Positions 39,838 through 49,042 are shown, counted from the first letter of the stretch. The stretch is DNA of 64,000 nt from Candidatus Woesearchaeota archaeon (GCA_016185705.1 JACPMZ010000003.1:143929-207928); one strand, 5' to 3'. The notes: generated from the letters alone by a model not told the origin. A program made the numbers and translations.

Positions 39838-40602
39838 ATGGCCACGCAAACAATTAAATCAATGGTGCCCGGCGGCAAAGCCACTGCAAGCCCGCCGCTT
39901 GGGCCTGCACTTGGGCCGCTGGGAGTAAACATAGGAATGGTAATAGCCGAAATCAACAAAAAGACAGCAGCCTTCAACGGCATGCAGGTCCCCATCAAAC
40001 TGCATGTGGACACAGATACGAAAAAATTTGAAGTAGAAGTTGGAACACCCACTGCAAGCGCCTTAATTCTGAAGGAAGCTGCTGTAGAGAAAGGCTCAGG
40101 AAATCCCAAAGAAGACAAGATTGCAGACTTAAAAATCGAACAAATCATCAAGATAGCCAAAATGAAAGAGGACGCTCTGATGGGCAAGTCGCTGAAAGAC
40201 AGGGTCAAGGAAGTAATAGGAACATGCAACTCAATGGGGGTAATGGTTGAGGGCAAGCAGGCATCAGAAGCGATAAAAGACGTCAATTCCGGAACATACG
40301 ACGGAGAGATATCCCAGGAAAAGACAGAGCTGACAGCCGAAGAACTCAAGGAGCTTGAGGCAGAAAAGCAGAAGCTGGCAGCAGAAGTAGAGAAGAGAAG
40401 AGAATCATATCTGGCAACAGCCAAGCAGATAATAGACTCAATGCCCGGCAAGGCAAGGGGAGAAATAAAAGCCAAGCTTGTGGAAGCCGGCGTGCCAACA
40501 CTTATAATAAACGAGCTTCTGCCAGTCAGCGGAGCAGCGCCTGCAGGAGCAGCGCCAACAGCAGAAGCACCCAAGAAAGCAGAAGAGAAACAGGAAGAAT
40601 AA
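39838..40602 (+). CDS. rpl11: 50S ribosomal protein uL11 with long C-terminal extension
   Basis: GGKATASPPLGPALGPLG, GTCNSMGV. Confidence 0.95.
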   Translation: MATQTIKSMVPGGKATASPPLGPALGPLGVNIGMVIAEINKKTAAFNGMQVPIKLHVDTDTKKFEVEVGTPTASALILKEAAVEKGSGNPKEDKIADLKIEQIIKIAKMKEDALMGKSLKDRVKEVIGTCNSMGVMVEGKQASEAIKDVNSGTYDGEISQEKTELTAEELKELEAEKQKLAAEVEKRRESYLATAKQIIDSMPGKARGEIKAKLVEAGVPTLIINELLPVSGAAPAGAAPTAEAPKKAEEKQEE

Positions 40603-40605
40603 AAA

Positions 40606-40803
40606 CTACTTTTTGGCCTTTTCCAGCTTAACAAGCTTAGTCAGGTAGCCAGCAACAATATTGCTTATCTTCCGGGAATGGACATCAATAAAGCCCTTTA
40701 AAACCTCCTTGTTCTTCGCATAATCCTCGCTAAAGGCAGCTTTGTGCTGAGCCATCAGCTGCTGAGTGACGCGCTTGATTATCTTGGTTTTAATGCGGCC
40801 CAT
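40606..40803 (-). CDS. rps17e: 30S ribosomal protein eS17
   Basis: MGRIKTKIIKR...NIVAGYLT. Confidence 0.93.
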   Translation of the reverse strand: MGRIKTKIIKRVTQQLMAQHKAAFSEDYAKNKEVLKGFIDVHSRKISNIVAGYLTKLVKLEKAKK

Positions 40804-40848
40804 AACCCTAACGCGCACAGCACCAGTTTAAAAAGTTTGCTGAATTGA

Positions 40849-40988
40849 GGTAATTTCAAGTTAAGTGGCAAAACTGTCGCACACTGCTCTGATTTTTTTC
40901 TCCCCCCCTTAAAAAATAAGGGGGGAGAAAAAAATCAGCCAAGCAGGCATCGGCAAGCTCAGGATTGCAGGACACACAACTTGACATT
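40849..40988. mobile_element. MITE family A copy lacking the last 3 bp
   Basis: Identical to 17867-18006 and 26944-27083. Confidence 0.88.
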
Positions 40989-41202
40989 TGCAGTGGCTGC
41001 AGTCGCAGTTATTATTGGAACATCGCAATTTTTTGACGCCAACCGAGAACCACTTTTACAGCAAGCAATAGAGAACTTACGATACTTTCAACTTACAGGT
41101 GCAGATTATGCGCTGCAAACATTTCAGTCAGCACAAGATGCTGGCGGGCTGGAAGCACTGGCAGAAAAAGCGTTAATGATGCAGCAAGCAACCAATTTCT
41201 AA
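40989..41202 (+). pseudogene. 5'-truncated remnant of a small membrane protein gene
   Basis: Begins mid hydrophobic helix (AVAAVAVIIG) right at the MITE end; the only upstream start codon lies inside the MITE. Confidence 0.45.
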
Positions 41203-41353
41203 GAATATTAGCAGCACAGATTGTTGCGCACGCACATCTGCGGACGCCAGTGCCGCTTAAGCGCGGCAAATGAGTGCAACAATTGCTGCAGCAAACCTTT
41301 CCTGCAGCCTCCACAAAAACTTTATATATTCGAATAGACAGTCATACGAATTA

Positions 41354-41509
41354 ATGAAAGACCCTCGGTTCCTGCCTGTGGAAAACAGGGAGCCAGTCGA
41401 AGAGTACGAAGACGATTTCTTGGAAAGCGAGGAGCTGTACGAAATCCTTTACTCAGCCAGAAAAAACAAGGCAGTAATAAAAAAAGTGCAGTTGTATGTT
41501 GCGAGTTAA
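41354..41509 (+). CDS. small acidic hypothetical protein (51 aa)
   Basis: TTTATATA box ~41320; MKDPRFLPVENREP... Confidence 0.5.
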   Translation: MKDPRFLPVENREPVEEYEDDFLESEELYEILYSARKNKAVIKKVQLYVAS

Positions 41510-41611
41510 TTCTGATAGTTGCTGCTTAAAAGCTGATAGCAGCAGGGAATGCAGAGCGTTCGCATGATAAATAGGAATGTTTATAACACCCGCAGCAGTA
41601 TCCAAACATAA

Positions 41612-41726
41612 GGGCCCGTGGTCTAAAGGCATGATGCGTCCTTCGCAGGGATGAGACTCCGGGTTCAATCACACTCACCGGCGTTCGCAGCGAACACCGG
41701 CGGTGTTGAAAGTCCCGGCGGGTCCA
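41612..41726 (+). tRNA. tRNA-Ala(CGC) with 43-nt T-loop intron (41670-41712)
   Basis: G3:U70 acceptor pair and A73; CGTCC-TT CGC AG-GGATG; strict BHB around 59/60. Confidence 0.9.
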
Positions 41727-41731
41727 TTAAA

Positions 41732-41887
41732 ATGAACAGGAAAAAGCTATCGGCAGCAGGAGCTGCAGCAGCGCTGCTTGCGGCGTTTGCATTATTCTTA
41801 GTTGGCAGGCTTAATTATATGGTGTTTCTTTTGGTTGCAGGGGCTGCTGCCATATTTGCTTACAAGATACTGCCGAGGATGAAATAA
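41732..41887 (+). CDS. small two-TM membrane protein
   Basis: MNRKKLSAAG...AYKILPRMK hydrophobic pattern. Confidence 0.55.
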   Translation: MNRKKLSAAGAAAALLAAFALFLVGRLNYMVFLLVAGAAAIFAYKILPRMK

Positions 41888-41960
41888 AGCTCGGAGGGGG
41901 ATTCGAACCCCCGGATAATCGCTCTGCAGGCGATCGCCTTAACCGCTTGGCTACCCGAGC
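41888..41960 (-). tRNA. tRNA-Cys(GCA)
   Basis: ATCGC-CT GCA GA-GCGAT; U73; GGTTCGAATCC. Confidence 0.95.
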
Positions 41961-41963
41961 GCA

Positions 41964-42090
41964 CGGACCCGCAGGGACTCTCGTTTTTCATTTCGAACCC
42001 TGGACCTAAAGCTTACTTTCCGGCTGCCCAAAATGATTAGGCGAAGCCTTATAGAAGGCTTTCGCTCTGTCCAAGCTGAGCTACGGGTCC
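41964..42090 (-). tRNA. tRNA-Arg(TCT) with two introns (37/38: 42014-42051; 59/60: 41978-41991)
   Basis: GGACCCG/CGGGTCC acceptor; removing both introns gives a 75-nt cloverleaf. Confidence 0.88.
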
Positions 42091-42218
42091 ATACTGCAAA
42101 GAAGCTGTGGCATGTTATTTAAAAGTGTTGCTGCGAGACATGCAGCAATTTCACACCCTCTGTTGCGCTCCCTCCTCTAAGGGGGGAGGAAGGCACGGCG
42201 GCGGGAAACAGAACTGTA

Positions 42219-42740
42219 TCAGCCTTTCCTCTTCTCATGCGGATGGTGCTTTCCGGTTGGCTTTTCGTAGAACGGCATTACTTTGAGGAATCTTGGAAAT
42301 CTGCTTGTTATTCTGAAGGTCTGAATCAGCTTAGCTGTGCGGCCTGCGCGTCCAGCTTCCCGCACGATATTGGCCGTGCCTTTCTCCAGCTTCTGCAGCT
42401 CAGGGGCTTCATGCGCAAATTCCTGGCCCCGGTCTATCAGCTTTTCCAGCCCAAAAAATTCCATGAACCGGAAGGCAAGGAAAAAGGGGATTGTAGCAAG
42501 TATCTCCAGCCAGTAACTTTTAACGAACTTAGGGATATTTTTCGTCCTGTAAAACTTGAACGTCAAATCCGTGGCAAAAACTGTTATGATGAAAAAGTCA
42601 AAGGCGTCAGCATACGCGCCATACGACCGGAAACGCTCACCAAGAAATATTTCGCCAGCAATTATTAAAAGCAACGCAACAAGGAGCGGGGCTATTATTT
42701 TGTCAACAAACTTTTCCAGGCGGTGCAGCCAGATGCGCAT
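42219..42740 (-). CDS. membrane protein resembling an isolated voltage-sensor (S1-S4) domain
   Basis: D..I..VF..D (S2), YWLEILATIPF (S3), FRITSRFPRFLK (S4-like); no pore domain. Confidence 0.65.
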   Translation of the reverse strand: MRIWLHRLEKFVDKIIAPLLVALLLIIAGEIFLGERFRSYGAYADAFDFFIITVFATDLTFKFYRTKNIPKFVKSYWLEILATIPFFLAFRFMEFFGLEKLIDRGQEFAHEAPELQKLEKGTANIVREAGRAGRTAKLIQTFRITSRFPRFLKVMPFYEKPTGKHHPHEKRKG

Positions 42741-42896
42741 GCTTAACTATTGGCTTAGCAGCTTTTAAACCTTTTTAATTTCTAAAGAAAACTTACAGTC
42801 CGCCCCTAATCTGCCTATGCGCCTTTCCCTATCCTCAACTGACATAAAGCTTAGAAAGATGCAGAGTCAGCGGATACCTTGCAATATGAGCTTTGA

Positions 42897-43982
42897 CTAT
42901 TCCAAAAAATCCTTCTTCCTTATCTTCTCAGGCAGGTATTTGTCAGAAATGAAAGTTATGCCTTTGCTGGACAATGCCTGAATTTCAACTTTTGAATTGA
43001 AGTCTTTCATCATCCTGAACTGGCGCTGCCACGGCCCGGAGTTTTTGAACCATTTGTACTCCTTTATCTGCTTCAGGCGGGCCAGGTCTATGTCCTTCAG
43101 CTTGATGAAGTGCTTTTTGAGGTCGTAATTGTTAACGTCGTCTGTTGTAATGCCCAAAAATCTGACTGAAGGGATTGCCAGCTCCGAAGCCATATGCGCC
43201 AGGCTGATTGATCCGAACTTTATAACGCTGTAAATGTAGAGCCCGTAAGGGTCAAGGTCGGTAAGAACATAAATTGGAAGCTTGTGCTCGCTGCTTAAGC
43301 GCTGAAGAAGCCTGCGGATGCCGCGGGTTGACTGCCCCTGCGAGCTCATGATTATGCAGTTGTTCTTATCCCAGAATTTGTCTTCGTGCAGGCGCTCCCA
43401 CACTGCTGCTTTTTCCATGTATATGATGTAGTTTGCCGTAACTTTCCTGAACTTAATGTTCTCTACATTGCTTGGGATGCTCCAGCCGCCGCTTCCAAGC
43501 TTGCTCCAGTCAATAAGGTCGCCCTGGTCCTCAATTACCACTCTGCCTGCAACCGAGCCCATTTTATTTGCGTTGATGTGCAGCAATTCGCGGGAACTGT
43601 CAGTTATGAGTTCAAGGTCCTCTATGGCTTTGTCAGTCTCAGCCTGCTCATCCACGATGTTGATTTTGGTGTTTGGAATTGTGCGCTTGGCCATGTAGAA
43701 TACATCTCTAAGGCTGGCATGCTTCTGCACTTCCAGCAGGTTCTTGGCAATCTTGGCTACCTCCAGGGTCTGCACAAACTTCTTGGTATGGCCAACGTTG
43801 AAGAAAAAGCGTTTCGCAGTCTTATTGCCAAGTTTCAAAATCCTTGTTTTGGCATCAAACGTAATGTTTGCGAGGTTCCTGACAGGCACGTCAAGGTTGG
43901 GATTGCGGCCCTTCTCAACATCTTCAACCAGTTTTTTGCCGATTTCCTCAATTACAGCTGTTGCACTATTCTTTTGTTTCAT
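42897..43982 (-). CDS. top6A: DNA topoisomerase VI subunit A
   Basis: SLRDVFY (catalytic Tyr), EKAAV, TDLDPYG TOPRIM. Confidence 0.95.
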   Translation of the reverse strand: MKQKNSATAVIEEIGKKLVEDVEKGRNPNLDVPVRNLANITFDAKTRILKLGNKTAKRFFFNVGHTKKFVQTLEVAKIAKNLLEVQKHASLRDVFYMAKRTIPNTKINIVDEQAETDKAIEDLELITDSSRELLHINANKMGSVAGRVVIEDQGDLIDWSKLGSGGWSIPSNVENIKFRKVTANYIIYMEKAAVWERLHEDKFWDKNNCIIMSSQGQSTRGIRRLLQRLSSEHKLPIYVLTDLDPYGLYIYSVIKFGSISLAHMASELAIPSVRFLGITTDDVNNYDLKKHFIKLKDIDLARLKQIKEYKWFKNSGPWQRQFRMMKDFNSKVEIQALSSKGITFISDKYLPEKIRKKDFLE

Positions 43983-46900
43983 CTTCAGGAACTTCCATTT
44001 CAAGCTGCGACCTTATCTCTTCCCTGTTCAGCATCTGCCTGAGCTTGGCCGCGATTTTTTCCTTGCTGCTGCCAGTAATATAGGAAAGACTGTCAGCAAC
44101 CTCAGGAATGTAGCGCTCAAACAGGTTGGCGCGCTCAAGCTGCTGGTGGACGCGCACTTTTCTGTTTACGTAAATTCCCAATTTGCGTCCGCACTCCTGC
44201 AAGGCAAGCTTAACCTCCCTCAGGATTTCAGGATAATGGGCAAGGGCTTCCTTTGCCTCTGAAGTGAAAGGCACCCACACAGAGGCCATGTGCACAACAA
44301 TAACAGCAGGGCCCAAAGGTATGGAGCTGCCGGACTGCTGCAAGCCGTAAGGCCGCCAGCTGATGTCGGTAAGCGCTTCAGTTATTGCGCAAGCTCCCTG
44401 CTGATAAAGCAGCGGAACCCGGTTGGCAAAACGCATAATCGTGACAGCCCTGTCTGCAGGAATTTTGCCGCCGTATGCGATTGATGCCTCTACAACAAAT
44501 GGATTTCCCCTGTAAACAGAAGGCGGCCTCGAAGTTGAGCAATAAAATTCAGCTTCCACTTCTTTCTTTAAACCGCGTTCCAGCAGCACTGAGCCGATTG
44601 GAGAGATGCAGTCAGCCGGCGGAGCAATAATCTTTGTGCTTTTGATGCCCTGAATAAGCTTTTCAGCGCTTTCCCTGCTGATTTCGCGGGGCTTTGTGCC
44701 CGGAAGCAAAGCAGCATTCCCGCATATTTCCTTCGCAGTTCCTGAGCCAACACGGGAAAATTCTGTCATCAGAAAAGACTGCAAAGTCCTGGAACTGGTG
44801 GATTCAAGCATGCGCATCAGCAGCCCAAGCTCAATTCCATAAGGATGCGGCTTAATCTCCTGGGGAAGCGGAGGAAGATTATCTGCTGCCCTGGTGTAAA
44901 CAAACTGCTCGGCCTTGGGATTAGTGTAAGTAAGCGTAACATGCGGATTGATGATGGCAGTCTGCCTTATGTATTCGTCCACAGACTGCGGCCCCTTAAG
45001 ATACTCTGCCTCCAAAGTCAGCTCAATCCTTGTGCCATGCTCCTGTTTCCAGTTCACCACATCCTCCTTTATAATCTTGGGCATATTGCTCTTGACGTCA
45101 ATATGCAGCTCGTAATAATAAGCCGGGTCCCTGGCAGAAATCCTTGACGTAATTTTAGCAGCTTTCCCGGTTGTAAGCTGCGCGTATAATATTGCGGCAC
45201 TAATTCCGAGTCCCTGCTGACCGCGGCTGTTGTGGCAGGACAACCCTGCTGCTACAAAATTTTCCCTGCCTGGAACAGATATGTCGTAAACATATTCGCA
45301 GCCCTCCTTAATGCATTCTGTGCCTGTAACTTCCAGCAGGCATATGTCCGACTGATTCAGCACATCCAGCCGGTCTATTATGCTGAGCAATTTCTGCGCC
45401 TTATCTGTTAAGAGATAACCGGAAGAAGTGGCAGAAAGATATCCTTTCTTAACCAAGTTATGCACAGAATGACTTGTTATGTCTTCAAGAAACAAGTCCA
45501 TTAACTCTTCCTTGGAGTATGACCTGCCAAATTCTGCATTTGTAAGTATTTCAAGCTGGAAGAGTCTTTGCTCCTCGCTGACTCCCAGCTGCATGGCTCT
45601 GAGAAAATCAAACAGCCGCGGATTTACAGAGCCATCTTTGATTTTGCTGAAATCGCTGAACAACTCAGGCGGCAGAGACTTATAGCTGTTAAAGCAGTGT
45701 TTCGCAGTGGGCTTGAACAATTTTGAAAGGCTGATGTCAGAGCCGTACACCGTAGTAACAAAAACTTTTGAAGGATGCTTTCCAAGACCTTTCTTTAAAA
45801 TGGACGTGGTGGAAGCTACCGCACCATTCATTAGCCAAAGATAATTCAGCTGCTGAGCCAACTTTTCGCTTACGGTAGAATGCATAAGCTGATTATTTCT
45901 TTTGGTGTTAGGGCCGTCGCCCTGATATGCTGCGTCAATGAAGTGCTGTCGCAGGTCGCTTTTTGCTTCAAAAATAAAATCAGGAACAGCTTTATGGGCA
46001 GCTCCCCTGCCGCACCACCTGCCCAGCAAGTAGCTCAGCATGCCTCCGAACACCTTAAGTCTCAAACTCTTCCTTTCAGGGCGCCTTTCCAAAGTTGTGT
46101 TTAATCCAAGCCTTTCTGCAAAATTCCTGATTTCAGCAACCAAATGCGGCTCGTGATCACCAAACGTAAAACCCACCTGCCTGCTGTCAGAATGCCCTTC
46201 TGCCACAAACAATCCGAGGAAGCGCATAAAGCTCCTGTCAAGCTGCCAGCGCACTGGAACCTCACAAATTTTTCCGTGAAAATACGTTCGCACGACACAA
46301 TTTTCGACCTCCTTATTCAATCCAAGTCTAAGGATAACCTGCAGAGGCAGAAAGCCCTTCTTCAGATAGCTCATCGTGACGCTGTCCTCCAGAATATCCA
46401 AGGATTGCCCTTCAACATCCATAAAACGATAAAACCTTCTCTTCCTTTTTGTCACGACTTTTTCAACAACTTCAGCTTTGCCTATAATGCTCCTGATAAG
46501 TGCAGCGGGAATGTTGTAAACATACCACCAGTTACCTTTAACGTCAGAAGCCGAAATGTAATCCAAAACATTAATTTCTGCCAGCGAGCCAGCATAAGGT
46601 AAGGACTTTGGCGCCACTATGAAATCTCCCTTCTTCAAATCCTTGGCTTCAACCTCCCTGACCTCCAAATCCTTGTTAAGCGTGAACAGGCTGTGGCAGC
46701 CCGTAACCTTAATTGAGCGGCCATAAGCCGTATTTATTTTGTACAAGTCGTGCTGCCGTTTATGTTTAATCAGGGAAGATGCTTTCATGAAAGAGTACTG
46801 ATAATTCTTCCAGTCAAAAGACGGGACTTCTATATTCTCAACTCTTGCTTCCCCTTCACCTGAAACATGCTTATCGATAAGCTCGCCAATCGGAAGTATT

Positions 46901-47268
46901 CTGGTCTTTCCATCAATCCTTGCGATAATGGACTCATCTCCGGCAAGCGACTGCGAAAGCTTAAAAAATTTGCTGCCGTACAGCAATTTTGCAAACACTT
47001 TCGGAATCTGGGTTTTCAAAATTCCGGGGCCGTTATCCTCCACAACAACGCTGTACCTGAACTCGCTGATTTCGTTAATTTCAACCTTGACTTCCGGAAA
47101 GACGCGGGCATCCTCGCAGGCATCCAGGGAATTATCCACGGCTTCCTTGATTGTAGTAAGAAGCGCTTTCCTCTTGTTGTCAAACCCCAGAAGATGCCTG
47201 TTTTTCTCAAAAAACTCAGCGATAGATATATCACGCTGACGCTTGGCAAACTCGTGCGCATCGGCCAT
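43966..47268 (-). CDS. top6B: DNA topoisomerase VI subunit B with intein
   Basis: EAVDNSLDA, VEDNGPGI, SRGQQGLGISA, RFANRVPLLY. Confidence 0.96.
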   Translation of the reverse strand: MADAHEFAKRQRDISIAEFFEKNRHLLGFDNKRKALLTTIKEAVDNSLDACEDARVFPEVKVEINEISEFRYSVVVEDNGPGILKTQIPKVFAKLLYGSKFFKLSQSLAGDESIIARIDGKTRILPIGELIDKHVSGEGEARVENIEVPSFDWKNYQYSFMKASSLIKHKRQHDLYKINTAYGRSIKVTGCHSLFTLNKDLEVREVEAKDLKKGDFIVAPKSLPYAGSLAEINVLDYISASDVKGNWWYVYNIPAALIRSIIGKAEVVEKVVTKRKRRFYRFMDVEGQSLDILEDSVTMSYLKKGFLPLQVILRLGLNKEVENCVVRTYFHGKICEVPVRWQLDRSFMRFLGLFVAEGHSDSRQVGFTFGDHEPHLVAEIRNFAERLGLNTTLERRPERKSLRLKVFGGMLSYLLGRWCGRGAAHKAVPDFIFEAKSDLRQHFIDAAYQGDGPNTKRNNQLMHSTVSEKLAQQLNYLWLMNGAVASTTSILKKGLGKHPSKVFVTTVYGSDISLSKLFKPTAKHCFNSYKSLPPELFSDFSKIKDGSVNPRLFDFLRAMQLGVSEEQRLFQLEILTNAEFGRSYSKEELMDLFLEDITSHSVHNLVKKGYLSATSSGYLLTDKAQKLLSIIDRLDVLNQSDICLLEVTGTECIKEGCEYVYDISVPGRENFVAAGLSCHNSRGQQGLGISAAILYAQLTTGKAAKITSRISARDPAYYYELHIDVKSNMPKIIKEDVVNWKQEHGTRIELTLEAEYLKGPQSVDEYIRQTAIINPHVTLTYTNPKAEQFVYTRAADNLPPLPQEIKPHPYGIELGLLMRMLESTSSRTLQSFLMTEFSRVGSGTAKEICGNAALLPGTKPREISRESAEKLIQGIKSTKIIAPPADCISPIGSVLLERGLKKEVEAEFYCSTSRPPSVYRGNPFVVEASIAYGGKIPADRAVTIMRFANRVPLLYQQGACAITEALTDISWRPYGLQQSGSSIPLGPAVIVVHMASVWVPFTSEAKEALAHYPEILREVKLALQECGRKLGIYVNRKVRVHQQLERANLFERYIPEVADSLSYITGSSKEKIAAKLRQMLNREEIRSQLEMEVPEDETKE
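45229..46950 (-). mobile_element. 574-aa intein with LAGLIDADG homing endonuclease
   Basis: KLSQ|SLAGDE...SCHN|SRGQQG; block B VTGCHSLF; FLGLFVAEG and AAYQGDG motifs. Confidence 0.93.
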
Positions 47269-47491
47269 GCCCGTACAATTCAATGGCGTATTTAAAAATT
47301 TTTAGTTATTCGGCGTGAGTGAAGCGCATAAACTTTTCCCATCGCTTCCCAGAATCTGCGCATGCCGCCTTACTTTTCTCATAGCTCATTTCCACATCCC
47401 TTAAGTGGAAGGAATGAAGCGCAGAGGATTGGAATACGGGTTGCGAAGATACTGGCGTTTAGAGATGGGAAAAGCGATACGGGCGCAACCG

Positions 47492-48031
47492 CTATACCAA
47501 CGCCTGCCGCCTCTTGCTGTCCCTTCTGTGGCGCTCAAGCATCCTGTAGATGGTAGAGTGCTGCGAGCCCTTAATCAATTTTTCGATTGCCCTGCGGCAG
47601 ATGTCAGCATCCTCAATCCTGCCAATTATGGAAATTGTTTTTCCGAATACAGAAATGCGGCAGTCTGCAAGCTCTTCCATAAGCTGCCTGGCCTTTCCGT
47701 TTGTGCCGATAACCCTGCCCTTAACCCTGACAAGGTGATTTTTCGTATTGGCGAAGTCTGCAAGGCTAATCTGCTCAAAGGAAAAGTCAGGCTTCAAAAG
47801 CTGCAATGCAACCTCAGGATTAAAGCCGCGGCCAATTGCCATGATGATTTCCCGGACAGTGTATAAAGCAAGTGCGTCGTCTCCGTAAAGAAAAACATCG
47901 CCTTCCTTTGAATCAATAGTTATCTTCATCCCTGTAACGTGTTCCAGACGCTTCTTTGTCTCCCCTGATTTTCCAATGAGCACAGCAACCCTTGAGGCGG
48001 GTATCTTCAATTCATACGAATAGTCAGCCAT
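47492..48031 (-). CDS. KH-domain pre-rRNA processing protein (Dim2/Pno1/Krr1 family)
   Basis: VLIGKSG, AIGRGF, KGRVIGTNGK, GSQHSTIY. Confidence 0.92.
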   Translation of the reverse strand: MADYSYELKIPASRVAVLIGKSGETKKRLEHVTGMKITIDSKEGDVFLYGDDALALYTVREIIMAIGRGFNPEVALQLLKPDFSFEQISLADFANTKNHLVRVKGRVIGTNGKARQLMEELADCRISVFGKTISIIGRIEDADICRRAIEKLIKGSQHSTIYRMLERHRRDSKRRQALV

Positions 48032-48075
48032 AAGCAAAGCGAAGCAGGGCTGGTTAAAATACTTAACTGAAAAAT

Positions 48076-48199
48076 CAGTATCTACGCAAGCAGCTAATTT
48101 GCGACTTCGCCTAACCGCGCTCTATTTCCACCTCCCTCTAAACTTAATGCAGGAGGAAATAGAGCGCTGAGGAAAATAGTCTAGTTGACGTAGGTACAG
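48076..48199. mobile_element. MITE-like family B element
   Basis: CAGTATCTACG...CGTAGGTACAG; hairpin 48117-48167; AAAAT on both flanks. Confidence 0.65.
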
Positions 48200-48233
48200 A
48201 AAATCTTAAGTATTCAGGCAGATGAGCTAATTC

Positions 48234-48563
48234 ATGATAAAATGGAAATATATTGGTGTTGCAGTGGGCGCAGCAGCAATTGCAGCTGTAGCCGCAACAC
48301 AGCTATGCTTCTCGGGAGGCCCATATTCCGGGCACGTGATTGGCGTTATAGGCGCTGAGAAAACATATTCCGGCATTTATTTATTGCTGGAAGGCAGGGG
48401 CTCACCAATATACATTGCCCGCCCTGAGCCGTGCGATAATGAGTTTGCAGACCTGCAGCGAGCGATTATGAACAGCCTGCCTGTAAGTTTCAGAGGCAAA
48501 GAAACCAGCTCAGGAGCGGCGGTTAATGGCTGTATAAAACTGGAAGATGCTGTTAACCGTTAA
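48234..48563 (+). CDS. exported/membrane-anchored hypothetical protein
   Basis: N-terminal hydrophobic segment; TATA-like tract ~48205. Confidence 0.6.
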   Translation: MIKWKYIGVAVGAAAIAAVAATQLCFSGGPYSGHVIGVIGAEKTYSGIYLLLEGRGSPIYIARPEPCDNEFADLQRAIMNSLPVSFRGKETSSGAAVNGCIKLEDAVNR

Positions 48564-48901
48564 GTGCGCTGCTGAATCTTTTTCCCGGTCAGCTGCTTAA
48601 GGCCCCTGGTGAAATATTCCATGCAGTCCAGGGCGCAGAACGAAATACGCTTTTTGCTCTCAGCTGTTCCGAAAATCAGAGTGAATTCTGCTGCAACCCG
48701 CAAGTTAACGCCAGAGCCGCAGGTGCCGCAGGTTCTTGATTCAGAAGCGCTGATCTCCCTGAGCTTGTTGGAAACCACCTGCTTAATGCCAGCTCCTCCT
48801 GCATAAAGTTCGCGCTGGAGGTCAATCAGCTCCTCGTAATCCAAAGATGATACAACGTCCGTGAACTTTTTCTTAGCAGCCACCGTGAACCAGTATACCA
48901 A
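48560..48901 (-). CDS. hypothetical metal-binding protein (CxxC..FCxxxC, TRASH-like)
   Basis: TCGTCG and SFCALDC motifs. Confidence 0.7.
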   Translation of the reverse strand: MVYWFTVAAKKKFTDVVSSLDYEELIDLQRELYAGGAGIKQVVSNKLREISASESRTCGTCGSGVNLRVAAEFTLIFGTAESKKRISFCALDCMEYFTRGLKQLTGKKIQQRT

Positions 48902-48989
48902 TTACTATACTTATATATAAATATTGCGATTGGTTTTTGTTGGCTTTATTACCCAAGCTGCGCTAAACCACAGTTGCCTTTTCTTCACC

Positions 48990-49042
48990 CTGCTTTCCCT
49001 TTTCTCCTCCCATAATTTTAGGGAGGGGAAAGGGGAAAGCAG
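48990..49042. repeat. CCTCCC/GGGAGG intergenic hairpin
   Basis: 22-bp imperfect stem, loop ATAATTTTA. Confidence 0.75.

Noticed and set aside
47405-47866. 153-aa + strand ORF
   Set aside because: Overlaps the KH-domain gene on the opposite strand and has no motifs
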